From a virus (taxonomy: Duplodnaviria > Caudoviricetes): 62,154 bases of DNA. The position numbers and the translations under genes were made by a program. Position 1 is the first letter of the stretch; each line of letters begins with the position of its first letter. The stretch is from the IMG/VR virus record IMGVR_UViG_3300017909_004502, positions 1 to 62,154 of that record; one strand, 5' to 3'. The notes under the pieces are model-generated. The model searched no databases and was not told the DNA's origin. It saw only the letters and a program-made list of their open reading frames with translations. This document shows, piece after piece, positions 50,858 to 60,601 of this stretch.

Positions 50858-53257
50858 CTAACCGCTTCTATTGTTTAATCCTTTTTTGAGTTTGTCTTTA
50901 GTTTTTCCGCCTGTAAATTCAATGTGAATTTTTGGACTTGGTAATCTTTGCCACTGGTCAATCAGTTTCTGGAAAATGTTATTATCTTTAAATTTAGTGA
51001 TGTCCTGCGTTATCTTGTTTCCAGATGCAACCACATTGCTCGCTTTGTAAACTTGGTTAGAGGCCGGCACGTATGGTCTCTTTCCTTGGCTTTTGGTACG
51101 TACTAAATTCAAGGTCTGTGTGAATTTACCATCTGCGAATGTGCTCACACAACCAACTACCCGGTATAGACCACTGAATGCTATGTTATCTGAGTCACCG
51201 AGGTTGTAAGTGCCCTTGGCTGTGTCAAAATCTGTCGGAGTCCTAAAATTAAATTGCACGACAGGTTCTCCATTGTTCATGTCAAAAGTTTTGAATCTCG
51301 AATTCCATATATTACGTTCGTTATTCATCAAAGCCAGTTTTGCAACATCAGTGGCACTGCTGTCTGTTGACAATGCAGGTCCTGTACTCACAACAGGATT
51401 AGCCGGCATATACTGCACCTGTCCCAACCATGCCGGATCGCCTAATATTTCCATTTCGATATTGACCATGTCTGCTTGTGGATTGGCTATTGCATCGAAC
51501 AGTTGATCCAGCCTAGCATTTGTTTTTACTGCTCCTCCGCTTAAACTTTTAACCACACCCGGTTCTGTTTTATACACGAACGGTGGATCTAAAAAGGCAT
51601 TTTTTTCTTGGGCGGACAGAACCCTTTCCTCTGTTTCTAATTCTTGCTTACTTGCAGTCTCTTGCCCTGCGGCCGGCACATCTTTTAATTTTGTTTGATA
51701 GTACGCAACTTTATAATCTATGTTGACATCTAATATGTCTACATTCTCTCCTGTGTAGATATAATTGTATTCTTTACGCACCAACGGTGTAAATTTTGTT
51801 CCAGTTGATACTCCGGGTTCTGCTAAAGAATAAGCATGTATTTTGTGTGGATAGATATGATAACGAATTATTTTTGGATGTGTGCCACGTACATAATCAA
51901 ATTCTCCCGGTTTCATGACCACGTTGCCATCAATAGCAAAGTAATTGAAGTAAAAGTCGTTTTCATTAGAGGACGATCCTTCAACTTTTTTCTTGAATTC
52001 TTCTAACGAGTATTCGTTCTGGAACCTCGGTAAAGTTTTCATTAAGGCAGTCAGTATCGTAATAATAGCATCACTTTTTTTAAACGTTCCTTGTTTAGAA
52101 CCGTTGCTGTTTACTCTACTGCCGGGACCTGGTTTCAAGTCCTTTACAAAAAAATTGTCTATGGTCATTTTTGTAGGATCGGGTCTCTCGGCGCCAAACT
52201 CCGGGTCCACTGTGATTTGATATTGATCGCCACGACCCTCTTCAGCGTACTCGTTTCCCTCTTCCTCTGTCCTAATAGACTCATTTAAAACTTGTGAAAA
52301 ATTAGTGAGCATTTGTGACAATGATTGATCACCTTTAATTTCCCCCGTGGTCCTTGTGTAATTGTATTGATTCATGAACTGAAATTCGTTGTAGGCCACA
52401 GCAGTCAAATTATAAGTTGTTGACCCTGCGTTGACATTCAATCTAATATTGGTAATTTTAATCGGAATACGTCTTGTTTCTGCTTCGGTGGACGGCACAG
52501 GTCTGCCCAATTCGTCAAAACCTTTAAACTCAACTGTAAGCAGATAAGGTGCATCAACATGATCAAGGTAACCGCAGTTAGCGGCCGCACCTCTGATTTT
52601 GTCCAGCAGTGAAAGACCAAGCGGTTCTATGATTTCCATTTCTATTTTAGTGACCGCTGTCAATCGCCTGTCCTGATTCATTGGAGGAATACTGTTTATA
52701 GTCACATTACTGAAATACAAATCACGTGCATCTTTTAATTCTCGCTTGGATCTACGTAGAGCCTGTTTTGCCAGGTCACTTTTTAGTATTCCTTCTTGTG
52801 TTTCATTTATTGTGGAATTTGCACTGGTTCTCGGATCCGTGCCTATGCCGCCGCTTCTTACAATAATATCGTGTGGATTTCGTGAACTGAGTATTTTATT
52901 TGGGTCAGTGATGTCTGAGATGTCTAAAGCACTCAGCGTGAAGAGACTGTTGTAAGTTGCATATCTAAACAACGGATTGGGTTCAATCAAATCTCCAGTT
53001 TGTGTTGTTTTTGTCAAAGTTGTAGGCGATGTTGTGTCTTCTGCCTCATTTTCATCGACATGTAAATTTTTAGTATTATATGTATCGGTATTTTTTGTTG
53101 TGGACATTGTGGTCCACCCTGCATTGCCGTAGTCCTGCTCGGCTAGATTTCTAAAATATTCTTTTCTTACATTGACATATTTGCCGCCGTAAAGGTAATT
53201 GCCATCTTTACCTTTTTTTAATGCTATTTCGATTTCCTCTTGCTTGGTTCTGGGCAT
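50858..53257 (-). CDS. Baseplate hub protein (gp27-like)
   Basis: I.EP.G, PYLL..F.G, I.GDP.W and SG.Y.V....F..G.F.Q.L...R; lies between the gp53- and gp5-like genes. Confidence 0.65.
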   Translation of the reverse strand: MPRTKQEEIEIALKKGKDGNYLYGGKYVNVRKEYFRNLAEQDYGNAGWTTMSTTKNTDTYNTKNLHVDENEAEDTTSPTTLTKTTQTGDLIEPNPLFRYATYNSLFTLSALDISDITDPNKILSSRNPHDIIVRSGGIGTDPRTSANSTINETQEGILKSDLAKQALRRSKRELKDARDLYFSNVTINSIPPMNQDRRLTAVTKIEMEIIEPLGLSLLDKIRGAAANCGYLDHVDAPYLLTVEFKGFDELGRPVPSTEAETRRIPIKITNIRLNVNAGSTTYNLTAVAYNEFQFMNQYNYTRTTGEIKGDQSLSQMLTNFSQVLNESIRTEEEGNEYAEEGRGDQYQITVDPEFGAERPDPTKMTIDNFFVKDLKPGPGSRVNSNGSKQGTFKKSDAIITILTALMKTLPRFQNEYSLEEFKKKVEGSSSNENDFYFNYFAIDGNVVMKPGEFDYVRGTHPKIIRYHIYPHKIHAYSLAEPGVSTGTKFTPLVRKEYNYIYTGENVDILDVNIDYKVAYYQTKLKDVPAAGQETASKQELETEERVLSAQEKNAFLDPPFVYKTEPGVVKSLSGGAVKTNARLDQLFDAIANPQADMVNIEMEILGDPAWLGQVQYMPANPVVSTGPALSTDSSATDVAKLALMNNERNIWNSRFKTFDMNNGEPVVQFNFRTPTDFDTAKGTYNLGDSDNIAFSGLYRVVGCVSTFADGKFTQTLNLVRTKSQGKRPYVPASNQVYKASNVVASGNKITQDITKFKDNNIFQKLIDQWQRLPSPKIHIEFTGGKTKDKLKKGLNNRSG

Positions 53258-53258
53258 A

Positions 53259-53558
53259 CTATAATCCTAGATCTTTTAAAACATTTTCTTTTTTTGGCAA
53301 CTGGATAGAAACTCCCGGTTTGAAATCATAGATGGGATCTTCTATTTGGTCGGGATTGCGTTGTGCAAACACCCACCATAACCTCGGTGTGCCATATAAG
53401 TCAAATGCAAGTAGATCAGGTCTGTATGCGTATGTTCTCTCTATCGTGTACTCTGTGTCGTCCGGTTCCGCTGTGATTGTGCGTGGAGTAAGATAACTCA
53501 AAGAGTAGGCATCTTGTGCTGTGTCAAAATAAGGTGATGTTTTTGAATAGTCCGCCAT
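53259..53558 (-). CDS. gp53: LysM-like baseplate wedge protein (gp53/tail X-like)
   Basis: YRPDLLAFDLYG..LWWVF..N....P. Confidence 0.8.
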   Translation of the reverse strand: MADYSKTSPYFDTAQDAYSLSYLTPRTITAEPDDTEYTIERTYAYRPDLLAFDLYGTPRLWWVFAQRNPDQIEDPIYDFKPGVSIQLPKKENVLKDLGL

Positions 53559-54436
53559 TAAATGAATCCTATACCTTCACCGTTGTTGCCATTCAATTCA
53601 CCCTTGGCAAATTTTTGTAGGCTGAATTTTTTGACAGTGTCTCTGCTGTAAACTGGTGTTATCAATACGGACACGTTTGACAGGCTGGGTGCCCAGGTTT
53701 GATCAAATGTATTTGCATCAAAATTAATATTTTTCATTTCACTTGGATTTGTCCTGTCCGCCATACTGAATCCTTGGAAATCCTGTCTTGTTGAAATATA
53801 GTCTATACCGGACTTTAATTCCACGTTGAACGAGTTCACCACAACCGGTACTTTGTTGAACATGTTGTCACCATAACCGGAGAGGTGTAATATCGGTGGT
53901 GGACTGCCCTTGAAACCTTGTCCTTCGTCTTGACCGAAAAACATCTTTGTTATGGCACGTAGGAAATTTATTGTGGCCACCCACATCACAGCATCCTGCT
54001 GATTTTGTACCGGGAACTCACCAATTATATTGATCTGATCCACTTGTGAATTTTGATATGCCTGGAATGGGTAATTGCTGTGTGCCATTGCCAATGCATC
54101 ATAACTGGCAGTGTGTTGGATCACCATGCTGGGTGTCAATGGCCAAAATATTCCGCCCATCTCGGCCAACGGTGCCAATCTGTTTTCATTGCCAGCCGCG
54201 TTACCGCCCGGAAAGAAATAGTTGTGTAGGGGTGACTGTTCCGGCAGTGTCAATTTCACACGCCAATCTTTGGTGTCATCCCTGTCGGCCCATCTTGCTG
54301 TTGCACGTTTGATGTTGCTCTGTTGTTTTCGGAAAATACCGGAATTGAACAATCTACCAAAAGTCCTGTTGAACACACCCTGCCCTATTGTGTCTTTTGC
54401 AATTTTACCTACTGTGTTTCCAATTTTTTCAAACAT
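53558..54436 (-). CDS. Tail tube initiator/baseplate protein (gp48/gp54-like)
   Basis: P.TP, A.Y..HSNY, FLR..TKMFFG, G.PPP and L.GYG..F..VPVVV; first gene of the tail operon. Confidence 0.6.
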   Translation of the reverse strand: MFEKIGNTVGKIAKDTIGQGVFNRTFGRLFNSGIFRKQQSNIKRATARWADRDDTKDWRVKLTLPEQSPLHNYFFPGGNAAGNENRLAPLAEMGGIFWPLTPSMVIQHTASYDALAMAHSNYPFQAYQNSQVDQINIIGEFPVQNQQDAVMWVATINFLRAITKMFFGQDEGQGFKGSPPPILHLSGYGDNMFNKVPVVVNSFNVELKSGIDYISTRQDFQGFSMADRTNPSEMKNINFDANTFDQTWAPSLSNVSVLITPVYSRDTVKKFSLQKFAKGELNGNNGEGIGFI

Positions 54437-54445
54437 ATTTTTTGG

Positions 54446-54474
54446 TTGTGTTTTTTGTTAAAATTTCGTATACT
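54446..54474 (+). promoter_or_regulatory. Sigma70-type promoter for the late sigma/gp47/gp46 operon
   Basis: TTGTGT-N17-TATACT. Confidence 0.5.
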
Positions 54475-54481
54475 TAAACTA

Positions 54482-54489
54482 TATTTATA
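54482..54489 (-). promoter_or_regulatory. T4-type late promoter heading the tail operon
   Basis: Exact TATAAATA in the divergent intergenic region. Confidence 0.75.
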
Positions 54490-54577
54490 GGCACAATTAT
54501 AGGCGCATTTAATTCCCCTTACGGCACGATTACAACAGACCTGTTTGTGGTCACTCCAAAGAAAGCAAAGGACAAAT

Positions 54578-55558
54578 ATGAAACGAGTGAAATATCTAAA
54601 CAACCGAGATCTGTTGGCGCAGATACATGCCAGCAAGAACACCTATTGTTCGTACGTGTCACCCGAGGACGGCAACTACGACTTGATCGTACCAAATCTC
54701 AAGAAAATTAACGCAAATGCCATAGCACAGGCACGTAAGGCCAAAGCAAAAAAAATGACCCAGGAAGCATGGGAGGAGGCAAAGGCATCGGGCGAGAAGA
54801 AAATTAAACTGGTAGATTTTACCGTATCTCCAAGAAAGATCGACAAAACCGATCTAGTATTCAGGGTAATGACATACGATCACATTCCAATGGACAGCGA
54901 ACGAAAGAAAAATCCCAAGCAGGTCTCAGATCACCACGCCAAGGTAAACTTTCCACCATTCCAACACTACAGGATGGATGACAAAGGTAATCTTAAATGT
55001 GTTGGCAAAAGCCATTGGCAGGGCGGAATGGTGAACGGCGGATTCAGTGTGGATCATGGCAAGATCACAAACACGCTGGCCCTGATGTTCATGAAACTGT
55101 GTGAACGTTACGGCACAAGAGCCAACTGGAGGGGATACACCTACAACGACGAGATGCAGTCACAGGCATTGATGCAATTATCACAGATTGGATTGCAGTT
55201 CGATGAATCCAAATCAGAGAATCCGTTTGCCTACTACACGGCCGCAATAACAAATTCATTCACAAGAATACTAAACATCGAAAAGAAAAATCAAGCCATC
55301 AGAGACGACCTATTGGAAATGAACGACATGATGCCATCATTCACAAGACAGGGCGAAAATGAAAGAAACACTGTGTCTTACAAAAAGAAAATGGCCAACG
55401 TGCATGGCGAAGTCAAGGTAATGAACAAGACCAGTCTTGCCAAATTGAACAGGAAATACAAAAAGACAGGCGAGATCACACACGAAGATTTTGAGGAAGC
55501 CGGCTACAAAAAAGTCGATGTCACAAATCACAAACCGGTATTAAAGAAGAAATGGTAA
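54578..55558 (+). CDS. gp55: Late-transcription sigma factor (T4 gp55-like)
   Basis: YLNN..L, NWRGYTYNDEM, FD..KS.NPFAYYT and F.R....EKK. AAGGA RBS; lies upstream of gp47 and gp46. Confidence 0.85.
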   Translation: MKRVKYLNNRDLLAQIHASKNTYCSYVSPEDGNYDLIVPNLKKINANAIAQARKAKAKKMTQEAWEEAKASGEKKIKLVDFTVSPRKIDKTDLVFRVMTYDHIPMDSERKKNPKQVSDHHAKVNFPPFQHYRMDDKGNLKCVGKSHWQGGMVNGGFSVDHGKITNTLALMFMKLCERYGTRANWRGYTYNDEMQSQALMQLSQIGLQFDESKSENPFAYYTAAITNSFTRILNIEKKNQAIRDDLLEMNDMMPSFTRQGENERNTVSYKKKMANVHGEVKVMNKTSLAKLNRKYKKTGEITHEDFEEAGYKKVDVTNHKPVLKKKW

Positions 55559-55561
55559 AAT

Positions 55562-56581
55562 ATGTTTTTTAAAAAAGTCGCTTGTTTCACGGACATACAC
55601 TTTGGCTTGAAGGGCAACAGTCGTGTTCACAACGACGACTGCGAGGCATTCGTGTACTGGTTCATAGAGCAGGCCAAGGCACACGGTTGCGAGACCTGTA
55701 TATTCCTGGGCGACTGGCACCATCACAGATCCGCTGTAAATGTCAGCACAATGAACTACACAGTTTCAAACATGGAGAGGTTGGGCAAGGCATTTGAGAA
55801 AGTTTACGTGATAATGGGCAATCATGATCTTTTCTACAGAGAAAAACGTGAGATCAATTCCATGGAGTTCATAAGGAACATTCCCAACGTACACATTGTT
55901 AATGAGTGGATTGTTGAAGACGATGTTGCCATAATACCATGGATCGTCGAAGACGAATGGAAGATAATTGAAAAAATGAAACAGCAGTATGTTTTTGGAC
56001 ATTTCGAACTACCGTACTTCAAGATGAACGCAATGGTGGAAATGCCAGATGTTGGAGGTATCAAGACAGAACATTTTGCCGGATGCGGTCAGGTGTTCTC
56101 AGGACACTTCCACAAAAGACAACAGATGAAAAATGTCACATACATGGGAAACGCTTTTCCACACAACTACGCAGATGCATGGGATGACGAACGTGGCATG
56201 ATGATACTGGAACATGGTGGCAAACCAAAATACATAAATTGGCCGGATATGCCGAGATACAGAACAATCAAGATAAGCGAATTGCTGGCGGATCCGGAGA
56301 AGCATCTCAAACCAAAGATGTATGTGAGAGTAACTTTGGATATAAAAATCAGTTACGAGGAAGCAAACTTCATACGAGAAACATTTATAGAAAAATACGA
56401 ATTGAGAGAATTACAGTTGATACCGGAACAGGTGGATCAAGCACAACAACCCACTGTCGAAGTACAGAAGTTCGACAGCGTGGATCAAATAGTAATAAAG
56501 CAACTACAAGGGGTAGATTCCGAGACATATGACAAAAACATATTGACAGCAATCTACAATGATTTAGATGTTAACCATTAA
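55562..56581 (+). CDS. gp47: Recombination endonuclease, Mre11/SbcD-like
   Basis: Motifs DIHFG, GDWHH, GNHD, GHFE and SGHFH. Confidence 0.95.
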   Translation: MFFKKVACFTDIHFGLKGNSRVHNDDCEAFVYWFIEQAKAHGCETCIFLGDWHHHRSAVNVSTMNYTVSNMERLGKAFEKVYVIMGNHDLFYREKREINSMEFIRNIPNVHIVNEWIVEDDVAIIPWIVEDEWKIIEKMKQQYVFGHFELPYFKMNAMVEMPDVGGIKTEHFAGCGQVFSGHFHKRQQMKNVTYMGNAFPHNYADAWDDERGMMILEHGGKPKYINWPDMPRYRTIKISELLADPEKHLKPKMYVRVTLDIKISYEEANFIRETFIEKYELRELQLIPEQVDQAQQPTVEVQKFDSVDQIVIKQLQGVDSETYDKNILTAIYNDLDVNH

Positions 56582-58343
56582 AGAACTCACAGTAAAAAAC
56601 TTCATGAGCGTGGGCAATGCCGCACAAAGCATTAACTTTGCCAACAAAAATTTAGTATTGGTTATAGGTGAGAACATGGACCTCGGCGGCGATGATGCGG
56701 GTGCTAGGAATGGTACCGGTAAGACCACAATCATTAATGCATTGAGTTATGTATTCTTTGGTGAGGCGCTCACAAGCATCAGGAGAGACAACCTTGTAAA
56801 CAAAACAAACGAAAAAGGCATGATGGTCAGTGTGAAGTTTGTAAAGAACAATGTGGAATACACCATAGAACGTGGACGTAAACCACAAATATTCAAATTC
56901 TATGCCAATGACATCGAACAGAATGTCGAAAGCAACGAAGCACAGGGCGAAAACAAGGAAACACAACAAGAGATAAATCGCTTGATCGGAATGACACATT
57001 CCATGTTCAAAAACATAATTGCGTTGAACACGTACACACAACCGTTCCTGTCAACAAAAGCAAACGAGCAAAGAGAGATTATTGAACAACTATTGGGGAT
57101 CACTTTGCTTTCTGCAAAAGCCGATATGCTCAAAGACAAAATGAAATCCACCAAGCAGGAACTGACCGAGGAAAAATACAAGATAGATTCAACATTGGCC
57201 GCAAATGAAAAAATACAAGAATCGGTTGAAAGCCTCAAAATACGTTCAAGTGCATGGCAGACACAGAGAGATGAGGACATCGAGAAGTTCAACGATGCCA
57301 TAACCGAACTGGAAAAAGTCGACATCAAGAAAGAACTTGAAGCACACAAACGTTTACAGGCACACAAGGAAAACAGCACAGCGTTGCGAAGCCTGGAAAA
57401 AGAAAAAGCGTATCATGAAGACAGCCTTACACGTGCTGAAAACAATGTCAACAAAGCAGAAACCGATCTTGAATACGCCAATGATGCGAAATGTCCAACA
57501 TGTGAACAACCATTGCACGATGACAAACATAAAAAACTAACCGAGAAATTGACAGTGACACTAACAGAAAACAGAGACGATGTTTCTAGACTGCAAAGTG
57601 ATCTTGCAAAAATACAACAGGGCATAGACGAGATTGGCGATCTTGGGCAAGTCCCGGACACGTATTACGACAATATGGACGAAGCATACAATCACAAAGG
57701 TTCGTTAAAGGATTTAAAACGCCAATTGGAACAGACAGAGGACAAAGAGGATCCGTACGCGGAACAGATAGAAGAACTTACAAAGACTGCAATACAAAAA
57801 GTCGACTACACCAAGATCAACGAACTGGAAGATCTATATAGACACCAGGAGTTCTTATACAAACTACTGACAGCCAAAGATTCATTTATACGAACAAGGA
57901 TCATAGAACAAAACTTGACTTACTTGAACCAAAGATTGGCCTACTTCCTGGGCAAAGTGAAGTTGCCACACACCGTGACTTTTCAACCGGACCTATCTGT
58001 AACGATAGAAGAACTGGGCAGAGAGTTAGACTTTGACAACTTGTCAAGGGGTGAACGTAACAGGTTGATCTTAAGTTTAAGTTGGGCATTCAGAGATGTG
58101 TGGGAAAGTCTTTATCAACAGATTAACTTGTTGTTCATAGACGAATTAGTTGATGCGGGTATGGACATTTCAGGTGTGGAAAGTTCAATGGCCGTGCTCA
58201 AGGAAATGAGTCGTACACAACAAAAAAATATTTTCCTAATATCACACAAAGACGAGTTGGTGGGAAGAGTAAATTCTGTATTGAAAGTGGTAAAAGAAAA
58301 TGGTTTTACCAATTATGCCAACGATGTTGAAATAATTGTTTAA
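56568..58343 (+). CDS. gp46: Recombination ATPase, Rad50/SbcC-like
   Basis: Walker A NGTGKTT, zinc hook CPTC, signature LSRGE, Walker B FIDE and ISH. Confidence 0.95.
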   Translation: MLTIKELTVKNFMSVGNAAQSINFANKNLVLVIGENMDLGGDDAGARNGTGKTTIINALSYVFFGEALTSIRRDNLVNKTNEKGMMVSVKFVKNNVEYTIERGRKPQIFKFYANDIEQNVESNEAQGENKETQQEINRLIGMTHSMFKNIIALNTYTQPFLSTKANEQREIIEQLLGITLLSAKADMLKDKMKSTKQELTEEKYKIDSTLAANEKIQESVESLKIRSSAWQTQRDEDIEKFNDAITELEKVDIKKELEAHKRLQAHKENSTALRSLEKEKAYHEDSLTRAENNVNKAETDLEYANDAKCPTCEQPLHDDKHKKLTEKLTVTLTENRDDVSRLQSDLAKIQQGIDEIGDLGQVPDTYYDNMDEAYNHKGSLKDLKRQLEQTEDKEDPYAEQIEELTKTAIQKVDYTKINELEDLYRHQEFLYKLLTAKDSFIRTRIIEQNLTYLNQRLAYFLGKVKLPHTVTFQPDLSVTIEELGRELDFDNLSRGERNRLILSLSWAFRDVWESLYQQINLLFIDELVDAGMDISGVESSMAVLKEMSRTQQKNIFLISHKDELVGRVNSVLKVVKENGFTNYANDVEIIV

Positions 58344-58350
58344 ATTTTAC

Positions 58351-58380
58351 TTGACAGAACCACTTCTTACGTGCTTTAAT
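58351..58380 (+). promoter_or_regulatory. Sigma70-type promoter
   Basis: TTGACA-N18-TTTAAT with TGn extension. Confidence 0.6.
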
Positions 58381-58430
58381 AACAGATATGTTAATTAATA
58401 ATATCGTACGATAAAGGAAGGACGTAAATT

Positions 58431-58622
58431 ATGTCACAAACACACGAACAGATCATGACAGAGATTCAAACTTAGTCTGAAGAGAACGGCAAGTTCACAG
58501 ATAAGGGTGTGAAGGCTTCTGCAACTAGAGCCAGAAAAGCACTTGCTAATCTTTCTAAATTGATCAAAGCAAGAAGAAAAGAAATTCAAGAGGCGAAAAA
58601 CGCAGAAAAAGCCGCTTCGTAA
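58431..58622 (+). pseudogene. Histone H1-like (Hc1-family) basic protein with in-frame TAG at codon 15
   Basis: MSQTHEQIMTEIQT*SEENGKFTDKGVKASATRARKALANLSKLIKARRKEIQEAKN. It has its own promoter, AAGGAAGG RBS and terminator. Confidence 0.75.
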
Positions 58623-58649
58623 GTTTAACGACTTTGAATATTCAACTCT

Positions 58650-58679
58650 AAAGCCTGTGTAGAAATATGCAGGCTTTTT
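58650..58679 (+). terminator. Intrinsic terminator
   Basis: AAAGCCTGTGTA-GAAA-TATGCAGGCTTT followed by a short T run. Confidence 0.8.
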
Positions 58680-58684
58680 CAGTT

Positions 58685-59722
58685 ATGCAATATAAAATTG
58701 AAATACTGTTGTCTACCGAGAATCAAAAGTCTGCACCTATAATATTCTTTAATAGTGAAAAAATAATTCTAAAAGGTGAGCACACTATAAAAACAGACGT
58801 AGCGACAGATAAAGAGATAAGTTTTGATGTTGAGAGCATTGAGGACAATGCAATAAATGTTGAACAGATTCTTATCAATGATTGCGTCATGGATAAGTTT
58901 GCACACTCAAAATTCCAATTCAACAGCATAGATGTCACAGCAGAGTCGATAGACAGAATTGACAACACAGGCACCTATACCCTCAAAGTGGACAAAACAC
59001 TTGTTGAATGCACACGATCAGATTATTGGAAAATATCAAATCACAATAAAGATTACATCTACAACATAATTTTTCATGACGACAAACAAGACACAGGATA
59101 TAAGCCAAGAAACCATGCTGTTATAAAAAACGACTCCATCTGTGTACTTGGTGACTCGTTCACGTTCGGATGGGGCATTGCTGTCGCGGACACATGGCCA
59201 ACATTGCTTGAACAAAAAATAAAGCAACCTGTTATGAATTTGGCTGTTACAGGTGCTGGTATAGATATCGTGTACAATAACTTTAAGAAACTGCTTACAG
59301 AATATGAATTCTCAAAAATTATAATAAATCTACCAGTGTTCACAAGACGTGTAGTGAAATGTAAATTACCTAACGGATACTACAAAATACCAAACACTTA
59401 CTTGCCGGATATCGATCACGATAACAGTTTTCTATACTTCAATCACGCCGAAGTTTCTAAAGCAAGGAAGTTAACCGAACAAAAAATGGTCAAGGACGTT
59501 GACTGTTTGTATCAAAAAAAAATATTACAAAGACTGTTTAAACTCGGTAAGCAACACGGTTGCACTTTTATAACAAGTAGATTTGACGATGTTTACAAAT
59601 ATGTGCAGGATCATTATGATAATAAATTTGTTTTACCAAAATGGCAACTGGAAAACTACGATCGCCATCCCACTATAAAAGACAACGAAAAATTTGTAGA
59701 TTCTATCACTTCTTTTTTATAA
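58685..59722 (+). CDS. SGNH/GDSL-like protein, AT-rich
   Basis: LGDSFTFGWG, NLAVTGAG and RHP. ATG 58667 lies inside the terminator, so 58685 is preferred. Confidence 0.7.
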   Translation: MQYKIEILLSTENQKSAPIIFFNSEKIILKGEHTIKTDVATDKEISFDVESIEDNAINVEQILINDCVMDKFAHSKFQFNSIDVTAESIDRIDNTGTYTLKVDKTLVECTRSDYWKISNHNKDYIYNIIFHDDKQDTGYKPRNHAVIKNDSICVLGDSFTFGWGIAVADTWPTLLEQKIKQPVMNLAVTGAGIDIVYNNFKKLLTEYEFSKIIINLPVFTRRVVKCKLPNGYYKIPNTYLPDIDHDNSFLYFNHAEVSKARKLTEQKMVKDVDCLYQKKILQRLFKLGKQHGCTFITSRFDDVYKYVQDHYDNKFVLPKWQLENYDRHPTIKDNEKFVDSITSFL

Positions 59723-60113
59723 TACCCTTGCCATGTACCCGGACTCTAATGTGTCCGTTGTAGTAGTCGTTTGATTCAAGCACCTTGCGTGCGAACTGTT
59801 CACGTGCCTCGATGTAGGAGAGTTCCGCTTTCGAATAGCAATAGAATAATATTTCACGTGTGAAATTTTCCTTGCCCAGTTTAAGCACATCGGCTGTGAG
59901 TTCGTCACTGCTACCATAATACTCTCTCCAGTCGGAATCCACTTTGTACCTTCTTTTGTTTTTCCTGCCTTTGAGTGGTGGTCGTGATCTCTTGAACCTG
60001 GCCAATTTCTTGCCGATGTACATCCTGCCGTTGGTTGTGTTGGTAATTTGGTACACGAATCCCACCACGTCCTCTGGTAATTCGTTAACTGTTTTTTGTT
60101 GGAAAGTCCACAT
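59706..60113 (-). CDS. Stand-alone GIY-YIG endonuclease (T4 EndoII/DenA-like)
   Basis: GFVY.ITN..NGRMYIGKK, W..YYGSS, F.REIL, E and YYN. Confidence 0.88.
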   Translation of the reverse strand: MWTFQQKTVNELPEDVVGFVYQITNTTNGRMYIGKKLARFKRSRPPLKGRKNKRRYKVDSDWREYYGSSDELTADVLKLGKENFTREILFYCYSKAELSYIEAREQFARKVLESNDYYNGHIRVRVHGKGIIKKK

Positions 60114-60137
60114 CACCAATATTTAAATTCAAAAAGA

Positions 60138-60167
60138 TTGACCTTAAAATAAAAATAGTATAAACAT
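60138..60167 (+). promoter_or_regulatory. Possible sigma70-type promoter for the structured element
   Basis: TTGACC followed by an AT-rich spacer and TAGTATAAACAT; the -10 spacing is imperfect. Confidence 0.45.
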
Positions 60168-60169
60168 AT

Positions 60170-60580
60170 GCGATAGGCACAAACACAACTCTTTAGAATT
60201 TCACAAAGGCAAACATAGCATCGCAACCAGTGAGCAGGGAAATGCGGCTAACAAGCGACAGGTGAATCCCTTGATGCAAACAGCAAAAATGATGAGGCTC
60301 TGAGAAACAGCAACCTCAGGTCTGCCATGGATTATCATGCAAAGGCATGGCGGGCTCGCGTTGGATGAATAAGCGAATGGGTACAGCACAACCGCCCAGT
60401 TACGACAGCGTTGCATGGTGACTGTGAACTCGCCACACGGGTAAAGTCAGTTCGGCTAGAAATAGCCGAATTATGACTGCTCATCTGCCACAGCAGGCGC
60501 AAACGTTAAATTTGCGTTCGCGTATGTTAAAAAAAGAAACGAGCGTAAGCGAAGTTTCAGATGGTTGCAAACCATCTTTA
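60170..60580 (+). ncRNA. Putative large structured ncRNA of unknown class
   Basis: The longest gap without a credible ORF. It holds about 9 stems, GAAA and GTAA tetraloops, and G-U pairs that work on the + strand. Confidence 0.6.
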
Positions 60581-60601
60581 CAGCATGAGTAAGTACAGTG
60601 T

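Noticed and set aside
22422-52955. Many + strand ORFs of 60-250 aa opposite the structural genes
   Set aside because: They are antisense shadows of long minus-strand genes, with no RBS or motifs.
54536-54543. 8-nt complementarity (CAGACCTG) between the gp55 leader and the structured element at 60317
   Set aside because: A match of this length is expected by chance.
59706-60113. Homing endonuclease or mobile element
   Set aside because: It has a catalytic domain only, with no DNA-binding extension and no interrupted gene, which fits the EndoII-like class.
60170-60580. Group I or II intron, RNase P or tmRNA identity for the structured element
   Set aside because: There is no interrupted host gene, domain V, RNase P core or tRNA-like end. 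The GACT/AGTC spacing is too short for a P7 core.
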